60,532 bases of DNA from a virus (lineage: Duplodnaviria > Caudoviricetes), in IMG/VR virus record IMGVR_UViG_3300037440_000200, positions 1 through 60,532 of that record. One strand, 5' to 3'. The translations under genes and the position numbers were made by a program. Below are positions 57,120 through 60,532 of this stretch, one piece after another; the stretch's first letter is position 1; each line of letters opens with the position of its first letter. The notes beneath the pieces are model-generated. The model was not told the DNA's origin. It did no database searches and was given only the letters and a program-made list of their open reading frames with translations.

Positions 57120-57935
57120 CTAGCCTCGCTTGCGATTCATCATGTCGTTGAAAAAGTCCTTGTCCGAGCCAATCGCGCCAGGCTGGTTAGGGTCTGCGCG
57201 CGTGGCTGACGACAAGGGAGGAGTGATGTTCGATGGCGGCGGCGTGCCCTGCCTCATTTCCGCAAGCAACTGCTGCTTTACTTCAGCCTTCAGCCTCTCC
57301 TTGTAGGCGTTCGGATCTTCTCCGATCGTCTCCTGGAGCTGCTGAGCCTTGTGCCAGCGCACCATCTCGCCATAGGCGTCCGGCTTGCTGACGAAGGCTT
57401 GTGCGAATCCTGACCGCTGGGCCGCCTCAAGTGCGGCTTCAACGGCGTCTGCCCCGTGAGCATCGCGCGCACGGCGCTCTGACTCGTTGAGGGTCATGTT
57501 CAGGAAACGCTGTTCCATCCGGTTTTCGATGGATTGAACAAAGGCGTCCGGATCTTCAAGAGGATCGATCCGGGGCTGTGGCTGTTGCGGAGGCTGGCTG
57601 AACCGAGCCATCATCTGCTTCAACTGATCGATTTCCCGCTGCTGATTACGCTGTAAATCTTCAGCTTGCTGGCGACGCTTACGCTCATCGATCAGCTCGC
57701 CAAGAGGCACCTGATGCTGTTGAGGCTGTTGCTGCTGGGCAGGCGGCGGTTCCTGGCCGGGAACGGGCTGCTGCTGTTGCGGCGGGACTGCCTCGGTTAC
57801 TGGCTGATGAAAGAAGTCCACATCTGGTGGCGACGGCTGCTCGCTGGGCTGCGGATTGGCCTGTTCCGTAGATGGCGCTGCATTTTGAGGCGCAAACAGA
57901 TGCGAAATGCTTGTCTCAGCACTTTCGGTGCTCAT
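57120..57935 (-). CDS. Scaffolding protein
   Basis: Pro/Gln-rich N-terminus, VPLGELIDERKRRQ coiled coil, DPLEDPDAF; between portal and capsid. Confidence 0.8.
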   Translation of the reverse strand: MSTESAETSISHLFAPQNAAPSTEQANPQPSEQPSPPDVDFFHQPVTEAVPPQQQQPVPGQEPPPAQQQQPQQHQVPLGELIDERKRRQQAEDLQRNQQREIDQLKQMMARFSQPPQQPQPRIDPLEDPDAFVQSIENRMEQRFLNMTLNESERRARDAHGADAVEAALEAAQRSGFAQAFVSKPDAYGEMVRWHKAQQLQETIGEDPNAYKERLKAEVKQQLLAEMRQGTPPPSNITPPLSSATRADPNQPGAIGSDKDFFNDMMNRKRG

Positions 57936-58050
57936 AGCGTGGATCTCCAATTTTCGTATGGAAAGTGACGAACCGTCGAATTTACGGCTTCGAACGAGGG
58001 CCGAATGACAGCGGATGACGGTGCTGAACCGAAACGCCCTGACGCGCACG

Positions 58051-58080
58051 AAAAAGCCCGCTTCGAGCGAGAGCGGGCTT
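58051..58080 (-). terminator. Hairpin terminator between portal and scaffold (possibly bidirectional)
   Basis: AAGCCCGCT..AGCGGGCTTTTT on minus strand. Confidence 0.6.
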
Positions 58081-58115
58081 GGTTTTGACGCAAATTACTG
58101 GTAAGAAACTAAGTT

Positions 58116-58457
58116 ATGAAGACTTTGAAATTTGTAAGAGATATGCAGACGTTTAGGCGTCCCATTATAGAATACGCAAGCCGAGTGTCAGGCGTGCCAA
58201 TTGAATGGCGGGAAATCAGCGTTGAACACTATCCAGCCAATTATTGGGGGCAAGTCTGGTCCAATGCGCCTGATGTTGAGCCTCTGAATCGCGAGTTTAA
58301 AGCGCTTATGGATCTGATCGAAGATCATGAGCAGGCCGAAAACCAATTGGTCATAGTTCCTACTAACCAACACCCGGCCCCATCGGAAGCCCCCCAGCCT
58401 GATCAAGCTGCGGCTCCTCTCCCGGCATCGCCTGCTGAGGGCCTCCCAAGGCCATAG
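58116..58457 (+). CDS. Antisense moron, hypothetical
   Basis: AT-richer ORF filling the portal-scaffold gap; 3' end overlaps portal 3' end. Confidence 0.45.
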   Translation: MKTLKFVRDMQTFRRPIIEYASRVSGVPIEWREISVEHYPANYWGQVWSNAPDVEPLNREFKALMDLIEDHEQAENQLVIVPTNQHPAPSEAPQPDQAAAPLPASPAEGLPRP

Positions 58458-60525
58458 GAGAGCCGGGAGAACCTGATACACCTTCCGGGCCTGCCTGTGG
58501 CATCATGGCGTTCTGAGGCGGCTCCTGATCCTGCAATTCGCCTTCCTTCTGTGCCGCCAGCATGAGCCGCTCCATGAATGTAGGCTCCCGGTAATGCATC
58601 GGGAACATGCCATTCATCGCTTGCGGCGGAATGCCAGTGTTTGCCGTGACCTCGACAATCTTGCTGTACGCTTCGGCGCGGCTCTTTTCAGCGTTCGCGA
58701 CCTTCGTGTCAACGTCGGCCGCCTTGTTCATCGCTTCAAGCTTGGCCATACGCTCGGCAAGCTCCTGAACGCCAGGCGGCGGCTGTTTTGACTCGGCAAG
58801 GCGCTTGAGAATGATGTCCTTGTCCGGCAAGGTGGACAGTTCAAGGATGATCTCAAGCGGCACGTCGGGACGATCGGCAATGGCCTGGATCAGTTCCTCG
58901 CGCATCGTCACCGTGTCCGGCCCCTGATCGAGCAGGACATCGACGTCCATGTCCATCATGGAGTTTTCGACCGTCACTTGCCCAGTCGCCGGATCTTCGA
59001 CGATCTTGTTGATGTTCAAGAACTCAACGGCTTTCGGGTCGGACGTGATGCGGATGTATCGCTCGCCGGTCCAGAACTGTTGCGCCAGATCCCAGTCCTT
59101 GTGGTAGACTGAAAGCTCCCATTCGCGCTTCATTTCAAAGACCGGCGACAGCTCAGTCATGCCGGAATTCTGCTGCGCAAGGATGGCGCGGCCGGACTGG
59201 TTCTCCACGCCGCGCCCGATGAGACCGGGGTTCGGGCCAAGGTTCTCGATCTCGGCCTTGTCCTCCTGCAACAATTCGAACTGGCCGGCCGTCTGTGCGC
59301 TCTGGTCGACGAACTGGAAATCCTCGCCGAGATTGCCGTTGATCTCGATATGACCGTCCGGCCTCGCGGCTTCCCGCTTCATCTTGTCTACGTCGGGGAC
59401 AGCGCCGGTTTTCCCCATTGTCTGGCGCTGGTTCAGCAGATGCAGCATCTTGCTGGAGCGCTTGTTGATGCCGTCCTGAAGCGATATCATGTCTCTCACG
59501 ACGCCGTAGCGCACGCCGGATTCATCGACATAAGGCGACCATGCGTTATAAGGATGCACGGTCTGCTCATCTTCATTCAGGTAAGGCGACTTGCAGTCAT
59601 AGTCTTCCGGGCACAGGCTGATCGGACCGGTAAGATAGTCGAACATCCAGTCGCCACCGTATTTATACCAGATGTGGGTGACGCGGATCAAACGCTTGCG
59701 GCTGTCCATCCACGTTGATCGGTTATTGATCTTGGCGAATTCCTGCGGCAATGTGGACATTGCGCCGCTATTGCCGATGCGGGCAAGTTCGTTGATGATC
59801 TGGGCCGAGAACGGCATCATCTCGATGGCCTGGTCCATGTCGAGCCACTGCCATTCACCCAGATATCGGGCGTCGGCGAAATCCCACGCCTCGCTTGCAG
59901 GGTCGTAGAAGAACCTGTCAGCCGGAACGTGAGCCTTGCAGATCTCCGGCTTGTTGCGCCTGATCTTGATGCCCTGCCAGACGACGCCGATGCCGCGAAT
60001 GAGCGCATCTTTCGTCGCGGCGGACGATAGCTGCGTCCACTTGGTTTCGTCCTCGATGCAGCGTAGTGCGGCGGTGCTGACATACGCCGCCTTGTCTGCG
60101 GCGGGTGTGCGAGGATAGCATTTCGGATCACGCCGCAAACGCTGTTCGACGCCGACAAGGAAGTCCACCTTGCGCTTGATGCGGTTCTTGGTAGTCGGCG
60201 GCTGCTTGCGGCGCTTCAGCTCGCGCAGTTCAGCGTCCGTCCACTGCTTGCTGTGATAGTAGCGGGAGCATTTGAACTGCTCGTCGATCTCGCCGGTCTG
60301 CCGCTTGGCGTCTTCCCATGCCTGATATTTCCTGTCGAGGCTATCACCATCAAGGCGCGGTGAAAGCTGGGGCGTCGTCTGCGGCTGTGGCAGGTGCTCA
60401 AGCTGAACCTGCCCGCTCATGATGGCCTTTTCTGGCGTGATCATCACTTCATCGGGGGAGACGAAGTTCTCGAACGCCTGGCGCGGCTGCATGTCATGAT
60501 AGCCGAGCATCATATCACTCGCCAT
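58363..60525 (-). CDS. Portal protein (P22-like)
   Basis: YYHSKQWT..L..R.QPP...NRI, RYGVVRDM..QD.INKR.SK, SGRAILAQQ, DVLLDQGP; upstream of scaffold. Confidence 0.9.
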   Translation of the reverse strand: MASDMMLGYHDMQPRQAFENFVSPDEVMITPEKAIMSGQVQLEHLPQPQTTPQLSPRLDGDSLDRKYQAWEDAKRQTGEIDEQFKCSRYYHSKQWTDAELRELKRRKQPPTTKNRIKRKVDFLVGVEQRLRRDPKCYPRTPAADKAAYVSTAALRCIEDETKWTQLSSAATKDALIRGIGVVWQGIKIRRNKPEICKAHVPADRFFYDPASEAWDFADARYLGEWQWLDMDQAIEMMPFSAQIINELARIGNSGAMSTLPQEFAKINNRSTWMDSRKRLIRVTHIWYKYGGDWMFDYLTGPISLCPEDYDCKSPYLNEDEQTVHPYNAWSPYVDESGVRYGVVRDMISLQDGINKRSSKMLHLLNQRQTMGKTGAVPDVDKMKREAARPDGHIEINGNLGEDFQFVDQSAQTAGQFELLQEDKAEIENLGPNPGLIGRGVENQSGRAILAQQNSGMTELSPVFEMKREWELSVYHKDWDLAQQFWTGERYIRITSDPKAVEFLNINKIVEDPATGQVTVENSMMDMDVDVLLDQGPDTVTMREELIQAIADRPDVPLEIILELSTLPDKDIILKRLAESKQPPPGVQELAERMAKLEAMNKAADVDTKVANAEKSRAEAYSKIVEVTANTGIPPQAMNGMFPMHYREPTFMERLMLAAQKEGELQDQEPPQNAMMPQAGPEGVSGSPGSPMALGGPQQAMPGEEPQLDQAGGLPMGPGVG

Positions 60526-60532
60526 TCATCTG

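Noticed and set aside
60497-60532. Terminal repeat as a physical genome end or att core
   Set aside because: It falls in the terL/portal overlap, far from int, and looks like an assembler circular overlap; the P22-like module suggests circular permutation

Overview
The window is most likely a complete, circularly assembled genome (about 60,496 bp plus a 36-bp end overlap) of a temperate podovirus-like phage of an alphaproteobacterium. A Hyphomicrobiales host is inferred from GcrA, Omp25-like, DUF1376 and DUF2793 genes. The layout is lambdoid/P22-like. A cro/cI switch with clear operators and two sigma70 promoters lies at 18.6-19.65 kb. The plus-strand early arm carries ERF, YqaJ, excisionase and tyrosine integrase and ends at a complete tRNA-Val(GAC), the likely attP. 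The minus-strand early arm carries GcrA, a DNA methyltransferase, an outer-membrane beta-barrel and replication genes. The minus-strand late operon runs terS, terL, then across the junction portal, scaffold, major capsid, two paralogous decoration proteins, head-tail proteins, ejection proteins, two tail fibres and lysis. The most unusual observations are: (1) a four-gene sugar-synthesis/transfer cassette (two glycosyltransferases, a methyltransferase, UDP-xylose synthase) coupled inside the head operon, suggesting virion glycosylation; (2) an NRLL/NRLM peptide found ten times in the predicted internal virion proteins, plus an 11-aa peptide shared by two of them with only synonymous differences, suggesting an undescribed capsid-loading or processing signal; (3) a four-micropeptide antisense operon between ejection genes; (4) a cassette-like gene array with shared linkers beside attP. 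All family assignments are from motif recognition by eye; no searches were run.
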